Origin: Octopus sinensis
Lineage: Eukaryota
Length of the DNA stretch: 64,000 nucleotides
Assembly: GCF_006345805.1 (NCBI RefSeq)
Contig: NC_042999.1
Coordinates: forward strand, 166,408,001 to 166,472,000
Direction: 5' to 3'
Shown: in pieces, positions 1 to 12,558 of the stretch
Layout of the letters: each line of letters begins with the position of its first letter
Position numbering within the stretch: the first letter of the stretch is position 1
Notes under the pieces: generated by a model
The model's database searches: none
The model's input: only the letters and a program-made list of their open reading frames with translations
Told to the model about the DNA's origin: nothing
Position numbers and translations under genes: made by a program

Positions 1-783
1 TTCTTAACGTCTAAGAAATTGGCTTTTATTGAGTGCTGATAGTCATCTTTTAACTAAACAGCATAAATCTCTCCACGGTATGGCTATTCATATTATATAA
101 CATTGCTAAACCATCAGTTTAGTAGAAGCGAGAGCTATCGGAAGAGATGCATTTTCAGTGAGTGTCAAGCATAAGCAGTCTCACAAAATCCGCCACTTCA
201 ACCCTTATCCAAGTGCCAAAGGAGGCGTTAAACAAAAGAGCACTTTTCTTTTTAATATGGTGGGAATCATCATGGTACAACAATGATTTTTTAGGGATCA
301 TTATGATTCTGACATCTAGTTTAGTAATTGTAGTGAATTCGCTTTGGAAATCCAATGCCTTCAGAAAAAAGGACTTAGATATAGAAGTATAAAAGACCAC
401 AATGTCGAAATGGTAATACACTATACTTTGATGGGTCATGAACTGAGGAATTTGCCTAATTGGTTCTAGATCATGAAGCAGTACGTGACAGCTATTAAAC
501 AGAGATCAGAACCATTGTCCAACAGTTACACTAGTGGAGGATCCATTTGAAATAGTGTCACACACCCGAATACCCCAATACCTGAAAATCGACTTCGACC
601 AGTTCTAGCCAACTTCGCGGAGTAATTCCCCCTGACGGCGACTAACTTCTGCTGAATTACCTCCCTCGCCAACACAGCAGCAGCAGCAGTTCTGCGACAC
701 GCAACAAACCTGGTCACATGATTCTCTTTAAACCTTCCAGGTTACACACCTGCCACCTTTCACACCTTTATATACAATATATG

Positions 784-1186
784 TTTCTTTACTGCCCACA
801 AGGGGCTAAACATAGACGGGACAGACGAAGGGATTAAGTCGATTATATCGACCCCAGTGCGAAACTGGTACTTTATTTATCGACCCCGAAAGGATGAAAG
901 GCAAAGTCGACCTCGGCGGAATTTGAACTCAGAACGTAACGACAGACGAAATACCTATTTCTTTATTACCCACAAGGGGTTAAACATAGAGGGGACAAAT
1001 AAGGACAGACATAGGTATTAAGTTGATTACATCGACCCCAGTGCGTAACTGGTACTTAATTTATCGACCCCGAAAGGATGAAAGGCAAAGTCGACCTCGG
1101 CGGAATTTGAACTCAGAACGTAACGACAGACGAAATACCGCTAAGCATTTCGCCCGGCGCGCTAACGTGTCTGCCAGCTCGCCGCT
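784..1186 (-). mobile_element. tRNA-derived SINE family A, one head plus two tandem bodies
   Basis: Head GGCGAGCTGGCAG...GAGTTCAAATTCC (B-box-like); core GACTTTGCCTTTCATCCTTTCGGGGTCGATAAA present twice; AAAGAAATA tail. Confidence 0.85.
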
Positions 1187-1749
1187 CACCTTTATATACA
1201 ATATAGCCCGAAGAATCATGGGTATATATCCTGCATATAAACATATAAAATTCTATGAATTACTGGCTGTTTCTAATAAATAAACGTTAATAAGTATATA
1301 CTTGAGAGCTCTTCTCGATTGTTTGTATTCATGAACGTGAGTGAAACGTTTGTCAGTGTAAGGAATTCTACTTTCAATTTCTCAATTAAAATACGCACTC
1401 GACGTTTGTAGTAGAGTTCTCTCTCATTGAGAAGTATCCCCGAGTAGTATTATACACACACAAGTGTGTGTGTGTGTCTTCCGAAAGCTCTCCAATACCA
1501 AATATATAGTTAAGTGGCGACCAAACGAGGGAGCTTCTACGTGACCACTCGGCCTATTAGAAATAGCAGCCAAATCTCCGCCTCCTGACTTAAAAAACAA
1601 GGTACAATGAATAATGTTGTCTAGCATAGATTGTTTCGAAATAAAAGATAAGGGCTAATCTGGGCCAAGCAACAGTATGAATATCTATATATATGTATAT
1701 TATTGCTTTTTCTGAGCATAATTGCGGTAACAATTACTGATAATGTCGT

Positions 1750-1806
1750 CTTCCTGGCCGAGGCGCGCAGGCGCAGTGAGGTGGCCATGGCGGACACCTG
1801 ATGTCA
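1750..1806 (+). promoter_or_regulatory. Candidate housekeeping core promoter (ETS-, NRF1-, YY1- and CRE-like motifs)
   Basis: Isolated CpG-rich patch about 0.7 kb upstream of the ATG: CTTCC (1750), GCGCAGGCGCA (1765-1775), CCATGGCGG (1785-1793), TGATGTCA (1799-1806). Confidence 0.55.
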
Positions 1807-2520
1807 TAAAAGAGTTTACTCGGAGTAGATTCGGACTAAATTGAGGGAATTTAAATCAGCAATATGTCTTTATATATTTCAAATATATTATTTTAGTTTA
1901 AACTACTGAACATTATAGTAAGCCTTAGAGATTTCGAAAGAAAAATTATTGGCATTTAAGCATATATTTTTTTTTTAAATCAATAATTAAATCCGATGAT
2001 GAGGAAATGTTAAGAATCTGGATTAATTGATTGGAAATATTTCTAATTTTCCAGATCAGAATTTAACGAGGGAACGTTTTAATTTATTTTTTCTTAATAC
2101 TATTTCGACAGGGACTAATTAGAAGCGTGCAATTAAGCGAGTGTCCCAGATCCACTTCCTGTTATTGAATTCTCTGAGAAGCCTCACTCACAATTTCACT
2201 TCGCGATATTCGCTAGATTTAGGTGTTGGTAAATAGACAAGAAAATCTCTCCAGGATTATATATCCTAACTATAACGATAGCAAAGGAAATAAGACAAGA
2301 AATTACATTAAAATTTGTAAATTAAAGCCTAAATGCGGATCGGATTTTCACCTATAATGAACTGAAAGAAGCTTTCAGCCTCGTCAAACAGGTGTAAAAG
2401 AGATTCTGCACCTCCCACTTAACATTCAGCGCAGCGAGGTGTGTTGTTTGTTTTCGCTATGTTCTCTCTTGGTTTGCTCTGAGTGTATATGTTTACATAT
2501 AGGAGATATTAACTCAGGAC

Positions 2521-2944
2521 ATGGAAGAAGAATCGATCTCGACAGCAAATGCAGATTCTACTTTGACTACAGTTTCTGTAATCGAAGCAGAGACTTCGGA
2601 GAAGAGCAATTTAACGACGACCACCACCACGATGATGATTAACGATTCTTTACAACAACAGAACGATTCGGAATTAACAAATATTAAGGAAGTGTTGCAA
2701 GTGAGGCCCGATGAGCCGAGCGATGCGACGGACAACACTTCCATCCCACCAAACAACAACAATACAATATTGAACAACAACAACATCGATGAGATCCATC
2801 AAAACAACAACCCAGATATCAGAAGTTCTTGCAAGAAATCGGTCCGCAATTCGGAGTATCGAAATGGAAAACGCAGTGTTACCTTTCCAGATGATCAAAG
2901 CCTTGTAATAGGATTTTTAGAACCTTACAACCCCTGGAAGAATG
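2521..2944 (+). CDS. PPP1R37: PPP1R37 coding exon 1: low-complexity N-terminus, RVxF motif KRSVTF, then PDDQSLVIGFLEPYNPWKN
   Basis: ATG at 2521 with open frame. C-terminal part resembles the recalled vertebrate PPP1R37 stretch RVTFPSDEDIVSGAVEPKDPW. Donor G|GTAAGT at 2945 (phase 1). Confidence 0.9.
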
Positions 2945-5690
2945 GTAAGTATTTGCTTTAATTAATATCGTTATTAATGATGATGATGATGATGATATTC
3001 CAATTTGGAAAGAGAAATCGATGTCAGTTTTGTGATTGTTATTAGAATGAGGACATTTTAGAAGAAGTCCACTTGAAATGCAATCTAAACTAAAAGGTAT
3101 GAGATAATCTGCATATTAATGAGACTCATCCATCAAGCGGATTGTGATCACTGTTTGGTCCCAACTCTCAATTTCCATCAAAATGGGATTAGAATTACCT
3201 TTCTAATTATTTCTAAGAGCAGATTTAATTAAAAATAACATATATATATAATAGCATATGGGTTAAATAGTTTCCCGTGTAAGAAAATCCATTTGAACAT
3301 TCACCCGCCCTCATTATTATTTTTCTAGTTCACCGGGTCAAGATCTTCTAATTTAAGCCTATTTAAAACACAATCTCATCTGTATTCATTGCATTTAATT
3401 ATTTTATCCCCTATTGTCTGTCATTCCTGTGTGTAGGGGTCATTTTGACATGTTCCTTTATTTGTGGCTGTTTCCTTATTTTACATACATGGGATGTTTT
3501 TCGCCACTCTTTAAACATTTTTACTTAGATTAGGGAGGAATTCCTTTCACCTTATTTTCTGTATTTAAGATTCTGTTTTTAGTCTTCAGCAGAAGGGTCC
3601 CTTACATATATATTTATCTTTGTGACCAGAAATATATATATATGTATATATATATACATATATATACATATATATATATATATATGATAGATGTACGGGC
3701 AAATTAAATTAGAATAGTATATATATATTTATTCATTTATTCTGTGACTACTTTTAGTTTCATGATGGAACAGTTTTCGCTAGGTTTGTGCATGTTTTAG
3801 TTGTTGAGGCTTCAGACACATGAGTATGATGATGATAGCTACACACACACACACGTCTGCCCGATCACAGATGTTGGAACACTCCATACTTCGTGTGTAT
3901 CTTCATTATCGGGGGATTTGCCATGAAAGTTCATACAACAAACAAAGCAACTAAACCATAATTAACTTGGATACATTTTATGAGCATCTAGTTTCGATGA
4001 TCCCGTTTATAAATAACCCTAACTTTATATTTACTGCTCTGATGATTGCCCTCAGATTACAAAGGAAACGTCGATTGAAGTCTGTTGACAAAATGAATAA
4101 AGCCGTTTGAAAAGCGAAGTGATTAAGGCCAAATCCTTAATTTGTTTGTTTAAATCCACTGCAAACGTTTCTTAGCGTTTCCAGCCAAGGGATTCTTTTA
4201 TTTAAACTGACTGTTTATCGAGCTGTTTAGTTGGAATATCATCTGAGGATGTCACCTGGGATGGACTGGTGACCGATCAGGTGTGAGAATTATCTTTCAT
4301 TCGCTTCCCGCCATCAAACCGAACTCACTTTTCTCCACTTTTCAAAGCTCTTCGAAGCTCAAGAGACATGCATTTTGCCTTCTCGAAAGTCAATGTCTTT
4401 CTAGTAGTACAAAGTCGTCGCTCTCATCAAATAGTCTTGGGTTGGTTTTTTAAAGTTTTTCATCGTTCTGTGTTTTTGTTGTTATTACAAAAACAAAACA
4501 AAATATAATGATGCACTTTTATACAACTCTTTGAATACATTATTTACATGGTGAGTGTGGAGAAGCGAAATAAATGTTTGACATTATTTTAGTCCATTCC
4601 GTTACATTCAGATTTTTTATGGTTTAATCAGGAAAAAAGGAGTAATACCCATACCCTGCGCATGACTTAATCTGATCGATACAATTTATATAATCAGATT
4701 AAACATCAGTAAGTTGATTTATGCTGGCGAAACGTTTACAAGGAGGGAATATCATAGGATTGACGCCCCGAGAAAGAAGGATTTAGTATTGTGGGTGAGT
4801 GCTGAGGTGAGATACATTAGAGGTGACAAGATGAAGCTAGATGGGTAAAACTCGGTGGAGGGGATGAGACGAAGATAGATAAACGGGTCTGGGTGGAAAC
4901 GTTTTGTTGCTAGCTTATTGAAAGGAATGAAAACCATTGCAGTAGTGATGGAAGAGACAGAGAGAAGAGAGTGCATCTTTTTGGTCGGAAAATGTAGTGT
5001 GATGATCGAGTGAGTCATTACCAATCCGTCTGTTGGCCTTCTTTTGGATACTGTCTCAGTTGTTCGTGTGTAGCAGCCGTAGCAACCCAGATATCCTCTC
5101 ACTTACTTGAGCTTTGTGGGGTTAGCAACTGAGCATTACTGAAGTATTTTTTGCTTTAATGACAAAAGCTATTTGGGGGGTGCGACTTAGTCTTTGTCTG
5201 TGTGTAGTGTTCTAGCTTTGTAGACACTTCAAAGGTTTTTTGAGGTACAAGATCCATACTGTTTGGTATGATCAGTAACCGTACCTTTGTAGTGTTGAAA
5301 GAAACTTGATTATAATCCCTGTTAGATGTTTTTGATGTCTCAGTTCTTTGAGGTAGTGCAGTTTTGATAAGCACTGTCTAGATTTCATGTGGATTAGACC
5401 TAAGTGCAGCAGGTTAAGGAGGAATCGTATCATCCACATAGAAATAAAAAGTATTTAATCTTATTAGCAAGTAAGTCCCTCATATACTGAAGAAAGGTAG
5501 AGTGAGAAACATAAACCAACCTTGTGGTATACTGGAGCTGATAAAATGCGAATAAGAGAAAGCCCTGTCAGTACATGTGTAATTGGAAGCTTCTAACCCA
5601 AGTGATTAGGAGAGGTGAAACCTACAATGCAGGCGGTTTTACTTGGGGATTCATCGTTTAAATGCATTATTAATGTCATGTTTTTTCAGT

Positions 5691-6054
5691 TACTCTTTTA
5701 CTTGTTTCAGTCATTTGGTTTTTGCCATGCTGGAGCACTGCCTTTTAGTCAAACAAATCAACCCCTGCACTTATTCTTTGTAGCCTAGTACTCATTCTAT
5801 CTGTTTCTTTTGCCGAACTGCTAAGTTATGAGGGACATAAACACACCATCATTGGTCATCAAGCAATGGTGGGGAGACAAACACAGACACACAAATACAC
5901 TCACACATATACACAACAGGCTTCTTTCAGTTTCTGTCAACCAAATCCACTCACAAGGCTTTGGTTGGCCCGAGGCTATAGTAGAAGACACTTATCCAAA
6001 GTGCCATGCAGTGGGACTGAACCCGGAACCATGTGGTTTGGAAGAAAGCTTCTT
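5691..6054 (-). mobile_element. tRNA/CORE-like SINE family B
   Basis: tRNA-like head (GGTTCAGTCCC B-box), CORE-like CACCTTGGGCAAGTGTC, internal (TA/TG)n, tail TGACTGAAACAAGTAAAAGAG. Confidence 0.85.
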
Positions 6055-6448
6055 CAACGGAATTGCTTTCACTTGATTTCACAGCTTTGAGTTAAAATGC
6101 TGCTAAGATTAAGTTTGTCATACCTCTCTGGTTGATAAGATGACCACTATTCAATCAAGTATACTCCTGCCTTGCAAATTTGTAACCTTTTGTCAATGTA
6201 AATATTTATTATATGATGCTCCACTTGTGAAATTTTAGGAGAGAGAGAATGTAGGATGCTAGTTAAGCTCTAAGTTTAGGACTTGGCTTTGATTTTGTCA
6301 TTTTTAAGTGGATGAGAGATAAACTCCCCCTGAACTGGATGCTAGTCTTTTGTTGGTAACATTCATTGATAATCTGTTACCTATTTCTGATAGAAAGATA
6401 ACTGGTATGTGTATATTATAAAAGATAACTGGTATGTGTATATTATAA

Positions 6449-6680
6449 GGCGGCGAGCTGGCAGAAACGTTAACACGCCGGGCGAAATGCGTAGCCGTAT
6501 TTCGTCTGCCATTACGTTCTGAGTTCAAATTCCACCGAGGTTGACTTTGCCTTTCATCCTTTCGGGGTCGATTAAATAAGTACCAGTTACGCACTGGGGT
6601 CGATATAATCGTCTTAATCCATTTGTCTGCCCTTGTTTGTCCTCTCTGTGTTTAGCCCCTCGTGGGTAGTAAAGAAATAG
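6449..6680 (+). mobile_element. SINE family A, full length
   Basis: Same head, core and tail; GGTATGTGTATATT on both flanks (TSD-like). Confidence 0.9.
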
Positions 6681-8125
6681 GTATGTGTATATTTAAAGGA
6701 AGTGCTTAAATACATAATGGAGCACCTGCTGTGGAGGTGAGCTCAAATTTATGAGCTATTAGTAGAAGCAAGATGGCTCAAATTGAGATGTTGAACTATC
6801 AACCCATAGGTTGTGAACAAATCTGCTGCAGTCATATTTCTTAGTATATACAACTTGTTATTCTATATTGCCCCAGTTAACCTACTTGCCAGAAATAAGT
6901 ACCGACTCATCTGACTTATGTTGCCTGCAGCCTACTGGTATCTTATTCAGGATGGAGATCTATCTTTTGTTTGTTCTATCCTATGAAACTAGAGCCAAGT
7001 ACCAGTCCTTAAAAGCAGCTCAGATATTTTGTTTCTGTTTTCCTCACAGTTGAAGTAGAAAAAGAAAAAATCAACTGTATTAATATTGTTGATTGTTGAA
7101 GGTCATAAATTAAATAAGGACATGAGTTGTATATGGTAGAACTATGCAGAGACAGACAATAAACATGAAGGAGATTTATGGCTCCTAAATACAACAATTA
7201 TGTTTTAGAATTGTGATGATTCTGACACTACCATTTAAAGAGTCCTACATCCTTCATCAAGAATAAGAACACAGTATTTGTTTACAATACAGCGATGATT
7301 CCAGTGTGAAAAAGTTTACCTTGAATCTCATTACAGATAAAAGCAGAAATTATACTCTGTTTGCTGTATAATTAATTAATTTAAATGAACTACCAACAAT
7401 TTCTTTAAGTTGCTATTTATTCAAATCAAACTTGACATTGAAGTCACTTCATTTTGTGACTAAATGTATAGCTATGAGATATATTTCTCACTGTGATAGA
7501 TTAAATGATATTCTGTTACTCATGAGAATTGAAAGAAATTTGAAATCTGCCAGATCCATTGTTTCTGGCCATGAATAGAGAGGAAAAAAACACATTTGTT
7601 TATAACTGTCACAATACAGTGATAGCTTCAATATGTTGCAAAAAAATATTCCTTGAACAGTTATAGTGGAGAATGAATCCTGTTTAATGCATAATTAATT
7701 TATTAATGATTAATAAATATATGTGTGTGTGTTTGTATATATATATATATATGTGCACACAAACATTATTTATGTGTAAATAGAATGTATAAAAAATACA
7801 AATGCATGGCTGTGTAGTAAGAAGTTTGAAGTTTGTGTCTTCTACTATATCCGCAGGCTGACTAAAGCCTTCTCAGTGGATTTTGTAAACAATAACTGAA
7901 AGAAACCTATTGTGTGTCTATCTGTGTGTGTGTGTGTTTGTTTATGTCCCCATAACGTAAACCCATCAAGGCAGTTCTCTTGGGTGGCCATGGTCCATTG
8001 GCTGGAATAAGTAAAAGATAGAAGATATATAGATCTATATATAATAGTGTTTGCTTACATGGACATGTAGATAAAATCCACTCAACATTCTTGCAGATGT
8101 GTATGCATATTCATATACCTCCTAC

Positions 8126-8495
8126 CTTTTACTTGTTTCAGTCATTTGACTACGGCTATGTTGGGGCACCACCTTGAAGGGTTTTAGTCAAACAAATTGA
8201 CCCCAGGACTTATTTTTTTAAGCCTACTATCTATTCTATTGGTCACTTTTGCTGAACTGCTAAATTATGGAGATGTAAGCACACCAACACCAATTGTCAA
8301 GTGGTGACAGGGAACAAACACACACAAAGACATACATACATCTGACTGTTTTTCTTTCAGTTTCCATCTACCAAATCCACTCACAAAGCTTTGGTTGGCC
8401 CATAGCTATAGTAGAAGACACTTGCCCAAGGTGCCATGCGGTGAGACTGAACCCGGAACCATGTGGTTGAGAAGCAAGCTTCTTATAACACAGCC
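8126..8495 (-). mobile_element. SINE family B
   Basis: Same diagnostic segments. Confidence 0.85.
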
Positions 8496-9327
8496 TTGTT
8501 TTACATTCATTTTTTCCATGATGGTATAGGTTGGACAAATACTTATGATGGGAGCATCGTTTTGGTCACTAACCTTTTCATGATTTTTTTTTTTTGTACT
8601 TGCTAAGTCTGGAGGAAGAAGCAGTGTCCATGACTCTTGTAGACCTTCCAAAACTAGTGAGGTTGATCTGATAAATGTTCCTTTTAAACTAGTGCAGGTC
8701 AACACCTGAAGGAAGAACATGAAGAGGGAAATGATTCCAAAGGGCCACAGTTCTGGAAGAATGGATGGTGTATAGTATTTAAGGCAGGGCCAGATGGGTT
8801 GGCACAACAAAGGTGATGGGATGTAGAGGGTCATGTGAGTTAGTGGTATGAGACCAGCTAACTCTGAGAAATAGAGGACATTATAGTTGCAGTAGAAAAG
8901 ATAAAGAGAGAAGGCAGTAGAGCTGAGTGCATCTGTGATTGTATGCCAGTCAGTTGCATAGTCCTTGTCTGAGTGCAGCCCAGGGTGTATGCATGCATAG
9001 CATCAGCACCATTACAGATATGGGTGTAGAGTACTCCAGTGAGACCCTCAGTTGAGCCATGTAGTGTCAGCAGCTGTTAGGGGCTGAAATATCTTCCAGC
9101 TCTGAAGAGAAAGGCTAGTCTTCTGGTTGTGATTCTAGCTATGCTAAAGATGTACTTTCAGCAGGAGAGATTTTCGGTGATGGTAAGGCTCAACATTTAG
9201 AGCCATAGAGCAACTGCGAGTTATGGCTAAGTGCAGCACATGTCTAGAGGGGGGTGGGGTGATGCAGTGGTGTTTTCTTGTTAGAAATAGTTCTTGGGTT
9301 TTTTTTTTGGTTTTTTTTTGCTATTAA

Positions 9328-9543
9328 CTCTTTAGTATTCAAACTAACTATGTCAGGCTCAAATATTCTACCAGCTCTATGTTCAAACTGATGAGATCAG
9401 GTCTCTCACACCTGTCCTACAATGTCATTCTAAAAATAAACACATTCACTCAAATCTCTAAGCTAAAGATAATGTATGATAAATTCAAAACAATGTGGAT
9501 AAATAAACATTACATATGACAGAGTAATCTGAATGCGAAACGG
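9328..9543. mobile_element. piggyBac-type MITE, second family
   Basis: TTAA|CTCTTTAGTATTCAAA ... TCTGAATGCGAAACGG|TTAA. Confidence 0.65.
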
Positions 9544-9559
9544 TTAAAAATATCATATT

Positions 9560-9960
9560 CGGCATGATCTTGCTGGGAATTTCCTCAAAATCTTCATTTA
9601 TGAAATCAGTTTAAGTTTGGCATGTTGCATGAAAGTTGCATGTGGATGATGCCTGGTTAGGGAAGAATGAAGGGTCATGTCTTCAATATATTGGAAGAGA
9701 GTGGAAGACAAAACTAGACTATGAGAAGCAACAGTATTGATTGACAACAGGACAGAAAGAGCATTGTTAACATATGCTACAATACTGGAATTTGATTGGA
9801 AGCCACCAGGAGATGAGAGATTGGTATAGTCTGTTGGCAGGAAATTTTGATTGGAGATTTGCATGCCGAACTGAGTCAAAGGCTTTGCTGTTGTCTAGTG
9901 CAGTAACATTGCATTCTTTGGACTTCTTTAAAGCATAGTGAATAAGAAATTAAAGAGTTT
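9560..9960 (-). mobile_element. Decayed CR1/L2-clade RT fragment
   Basis: TALDNSKAFDSVRHANLQSK...SLISW...SNSSIVAYVNNALS...INT...VLSSTLF. Confidence 0.7.
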
Positions 9961-10120
9961 GAACAATTCTTGGGTACTATATCTAAGAGTAAAGGAAAGG
10001 TATAGTCAGGACCAGTAGCCTTTGCTTGAAGGAGCCAAAGGTATTTCTGCATTTAGTGTGTGCATAGTGTGGGTTTAGATGCAAATCAGGCAGTAAAGGT
10101 ACCCCATGGGGGTACTGCCT

Positions 10121-10265
10121 CCGAGGTCGACTTTGCCTTTCATCCTTTCGGGGTCGATAAATTAAGTACCAGTTACGCACTGGGGTCGATGTAATCGACT
10201 TAATACCTATGTCTGTCCTTGTTTGTCCCCTCTGTGTTTAGCCCCTTGTGGGTAATAAAGAAATA
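10121..10265 (+). mobile_element. SINE family A, 5'-truncated
   Basis: Core to tail only; GGTACTG on both flanks. Confidence 0.85.
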
Positions 10266-10421
10266 GGTACTGTAATGAAGTGCTTCTTTATTACAGAAAA
10301 TAATAAAATACACATAGTTGAATACATCAAAACATATGGTGTAGTTAGGTTAGGGTTAGGGTTAGAATTACTCAAACACATGTATTTAAATATTTAAAAA
10401 GAGTCATATATAAACATATAT

Positions 10422-10805
10422 GAGTGACTGTGTCGTAAGAAGCTTGCTTCCTAACCACATGGTTCTGGGTTCAGTCCTACTGTGTGGCACCCTGGCCAGG
10501 CGTCTTCTATAGCCTTGGGCCGACCAAGCCTTGTGAGCGCATTTGGTAGACGGAAGCTGAAAGAAGTCCATTGTATATATTAACACAGACACACAAATAC
10601 ATACATCCACATACATATCTATATATATATATGTGTATGTATGTATTTGTGTGTCTGTGTTAATACCCCCACCACCATCACTTGACAACCAATGTTGGTA
10701 TATTTACATCCCTGTAACTTAGCGGTAAGTACTAGGCTTACAAAGAATAAGTCCTGGGGTCAGTTTGACTAAAAGGCAGTGCTCCAACATGGCCGCAGTC
10801 AAGTG
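10422..10805 (+). mobile_element. SINE family B
   Basis: Same diagnostic segments. Confidence 0.85.
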
Positions 10806-10839
10806 ATCGATTGGATTGTAGGGTGACCTGCTGTGATTG

Positions 10840-11478
10840 AGATCTATTGAGTCGAGTACATCAACATCAAAATAAAAATCAAATAGAAATTGTAGTTGTG
10901 ATACCCATTCCGGTGGCACGTAAAAAGCGCCGCCTTGACTGGCTTCTGTGTCGGTGACACGTAAAAAACACCCACTACACTCATGGAGTGGTTGGCGTTA
11001 GGAAGGGCATCCAGCTGTAGAAACACTGCCAGATAAGACTGGAGCCTGGTGCAGCCTCCTGGCTTCCCAGACCCTGGTCGAACCGTCCAACCCATGCTAG
11101 CATGGAAAGCAGATGTTAAACGATGATGATGATGATATATATATATATATATTTGTTTATATTTATACACACATATGGTCGATGTCGGTGTCCCATAACT
11201 AGCACCTGTGCCAGTGACATGTAAAAAGCACCTTTCGAGCATTGGGCCTCACAGGGGCCATAACAAATAACCAAGACCTTTGGCAGTATGCCATGCTTGA
11301 GTAGAAAACCCATCAAGCCAACTAAATTCATAGTCATGGCAGATACTGGTATCAGGCAACTGACACCCATGCTGGTGGCACGTAAAAGCAGCCATTACAG
11401 CCATAGAAGCCATCTCAAATTAGACTTTACTCTGGTGCAGCCCCAACAAACATGAGACAACAAATGTTAAATGATGAT
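10840..11478 (+). mobile_element. Two RTE-LINE 3'UTR fragments (10840-11136; 11175-11478)
   Basis: GTGGCACGTAAAAAGCACC module, GGCGTTAGGAAGGGCATCCAGC, tail GTTAAACGATGATGAT. Confidence 0.85.
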
Positions 11479-11488
11479 TATATATATA

Positions 11489-11877
11489 GGCGCAGGAGTA
11501 GCTGTGTGGTAAGTAGCTTGTCTACCAACCACATGGTTCCGGGTTAAGTCCCACTGCGTGGCACCTTGGGCAAATGTCTTCTACTATAGCCTCGGGCCAA
11601 CCAAAGCCTTGTGAATGGATTTGGTAGACGGAAACTGAAAGAAGCCCATCGTATATATGTATATACATATATGCGTGTATGTCTGTGTTTGTCTCCCTAG
11701 CATTGCTTGACAACCGATGCTGGTGTGTTTATGTCCCCGTTACTTAGCAGTTCGGCAAAAGAGACCGATAGAATAAGTACTGGGCTTACAAAAGAATAAG
11801 TCCTGGGGTCAAGTTGCTCGATTAAAAGGCGGTGCTCCAGCATGGCTGCAGTCAAATGACTGAAACAAGTAAAAGAG
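11489..11877 (+). mobile_element. SINE family B, full length
   Basis: GGCGCAGGAGT head to GTAAAAGAG tail. Confidence 0.9.
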
Positions 11878-12558
11878 TATATATATATGTATATATACAG
11901 AGAGAGAGAGATACATAAGTGAGAGCTGATATATGTAAATATATATGCATACAAATACACACATGTATACACCCACTCTACATGTATAAGTACATAATTA
12001 GACACATGCACACACATAGATCTTGATAAATTGAGACACATATATAAGCTCGAATGCACAGATAATTGACAAATATGTTTATTACTCATTTATTGTGATG
12101 ACATTTGGTATATTGTAATGGCAACTGGTATAATTAGCATCATTAAAGAATGTTTGTAAAAAGAAAATTCTGTTATGGTTTATATCTACCATTCAAATCC
12201 ACAAAGAAGAAGCAGTGTCCTGGATTGCCATACTTGGAATATTTTGAGTCTAATTGACTTATAAATTTTCTTTTGTACTAGACCCTGTGTAGCATCAGTT
12301 TGGTATGTTTTTGGTCTTGTTTTGGTGTTAAATAGATGCTTATTATCAGTATCAACAACTAAAACAGACAACAGTTGTTAATGAGAGAGAGAGAGAGAGA
12401 GAGAGATGTAGGCAAAGAAAACAAACAGTTACAGAGAGAGGGAAAGAGATGAGTCATAACAATTTATGACTCTTCCAGACCAAACTGAAGAAACTGCTGC
12501 AAAAGCTCAGAAACTCTACCACAATGAGAACATATTATCCATGTTTGTTTATAAAATA

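Noticed and set aside
155-439. 94-aa and 76-aa ORFs at the window start
   Set aside because: No recognisable domain or splice support; a faint GVKQ..FLFN resemblance suggests a decayed LINE at best.
1325-1355. TTCATGA...GAAACGTT hammerhead-like string
   Set aside because: Two core mismatches, a 2-bp stem II and no credible stem I.
4752-5102. 116-aa ORF and the related 8740-9250 segment as host exons
   Set aside because: Antisense to the gene; looks like decayed LINE endonuclease sequence, too degenerate to call firmly.
10345-10365. Interstitial telomeric repeat
   Set aside because: Only about 3 imperfect TTAGGG units; too short to interpret.
11489-11560. tRNA genes at SINE heads (all families)
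   Set aside because: A/B boxes are present but they run directly into SINE bodies and give no complete cloverleaf.
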